Origin: a virus
Lineage: Duplodnaviria > Caudoviricetes
DNA length: 64,000 bases
Strand: one strand, 5' to 3'
IMG/VR virus record: IMGVR_UViG_3300028888_000119
Coordinates: 8,732 to 72,731 of that record
How positions within the stretch are numbered: the first letter of the stretch is position 1; every line of letters begins with the position of its first letter. Made by a program: the position numbers and the translations under genes. Below, in pieces: positions 63,801 through 64,000 of this stretch. The notes beneath the pieces are model-generated. The model made no database searches. It worked only from the letters and a program-made list of their open reading frames with translations, and was not told where the DNA came from.

Positions 63801-64000
63801 TGAATAGCAAGGTTCAAGCTATCATACTTCGCCTTAGCTTCTGCATAATTCCAGTCTGCGATCTGCGCCCTTGTTTTTTCAATCTCTTCTTCTATTTTTG
63901 CTCTTTCTGCGTCAAGTCTTGCTTGCTCTTCAGCTACCGTCAAATCCGACACGCCGGCATTTGCCATTTTTTCTCTTTCATCGGCAATCGCTTTCATGTT
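60848..64000 (-). CDS. tail tape measure protein (partial, open at right edge)
   Basis: More than 1049 aa, helical and charged; C-terminal TGIAKDIQGASEESILGLAAGVNT; directly upstream of tail genes. Confidence 0.85.
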   Translation of the reverse strand, partial: NMKAIADEREKMANAGVSDLTVAEEQARLDAERAKIEEEIEKTRAQIADWNYAEAKAKYDSLNLAIQQATTASERAKAEDELNKFMLGTSYAERAALAIELQRLEAQWGIANSALLAKNAILDTFGALDKAEKFWKLFGERYNFTLPDQNKSVRQAEDPWIILYKNRLSFMKDFQKGVEKMNKFLEHSYSLEREREIMKGRGLSVGIKTEDLFGTPEELRSWYKSAIDDVVKQIKKLGGKQFSGLGVTEILAKDLNGRKIKKYQDLLQELWKGLTDFDTNQMEKKLEESLKKMEEEVKRSEAAQNFYREILGITGDEQLSTDLAVAVYGDVGSEFKDRIQRQLDEAFMGIDTKGLDEKTQDQIIDAFVNQNFDVIRDNLERFPDDVKKVLKTVLDDVDKYNASLQKKFADAVAKSGDATQKIATIKAKADQDILDIITAADMAVKKTPDRAKEIYDAAERAIKAIEGQRDLDVFKAGEDYVKYFAELNVMTAEQATTVRGKLRDAYIKAFRDGTISADELYHNLRAVETQFRKLTKYSSDLTTYLSDGVDGIIKRFDDFGLNIQVIGQKIAKNIKLDTGEEVYVNNILRRFAKEYGGEALSGINSLQELFDKFPKTTKGIAEAGNAVSEMGVAMSTVATKGSFALAIVDAVFKAVNGAITGVQEFINELNRTRSDENKLAGGMKYITDLNKYIFEGWEKVKSGDIIGATMNLASAVASVFSNIQEDKVERINKKIEEQEELIDSLSRSYSRLQSAEEKVFGADIITNYNQRIAALQAQEEAYRKQAALEREKGKSADEQKAKDYEKSAIDIANEIADLQTQLSEKFSGTDLASASRDFASSWIDAYKSFSSTTDVIKEKFQDMIQNMIVESLAAKVVEKQLKPIFELIDSLSTEGNQLSLSEIQSIANRAKVAGDVMNQDLTNLMNALSAVGLNMRTMGSGLTGIAKDIQGASEESILGLAAGVNTQNFYLSQINANVGVLVNAIANGASPASPVSFSALAMDDPMREHVSSINTNVMLIAERVESLESTLRKVVYPKGTNSTTHYVAIQ

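Noticed and set aside
1-64000. Stop-codon reassignment (as in some gut phages)
   Set aside because: Long genes are intact in the standard code, all three stops terminate genes, and no suppressor-type tRNA is present.
1-64000. Apparent excess of CCGG as the methyltransferase target
   Set aside because: Only a visual impression; it needs an observed/expected tetranucleotide count that I cannot run.

Overview
The whole window looks like one tailed dsDNA phage genome segment (siphovirus-like). The host is probably a Bacteroidota member: TAnnTTTG (-7) and TTTG (-33) promoter boxes recur, and DUF3127-, DUF6371- and BspA-type genes are present. No bacterial housekeeping genes are visible. There are three transcription blocks. 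(1) Minus strand 1-19215: scaffold (partial), portal, terminase, VRR-NUC, SF2 helicase, YqaJ exonuclease, two HNH genes, primase-like and D5-like helicase genes, a cytosine methyltransferase-like gene, a ThyX-like gene and dUTPase. (2) After a 1.2 kb non-coding divergent region rich in repeats, plus strand 20460-38074: about 50 small early/accessory ORFs, including gp88-like, DUF2693-like and a small serine recombinase. (3) Minus strand 38133-64000: a six-gene Gly-rich/CCC module, a 2185-aa LRR/kinase-like protein, fibre genes, lysis genes, tail genes and the tape measure (partial). Both edges run into morphogenesis genes on the same strand, so head and neck genes probably lie outside the window on a circular or permuted genome. 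The most unusual signals are non-coding. Three tRNA-shaped elements have normal acceptor and T arms but abnormal anticodon arms; two of them lack CCA, follow a GCCG-CGGC hairpin and end 1-4 nt before an ATG. There is also a densely structured ~490-nt RNA candidate, two attenuator-like leaders and several apparently leaderless promoters. Accessory genes built from cassettes joined by a CAG-GAG-CAG (QQEQ) linker also stand out. All family assignments come from motif recognition by eye; no database search or folding program was run.
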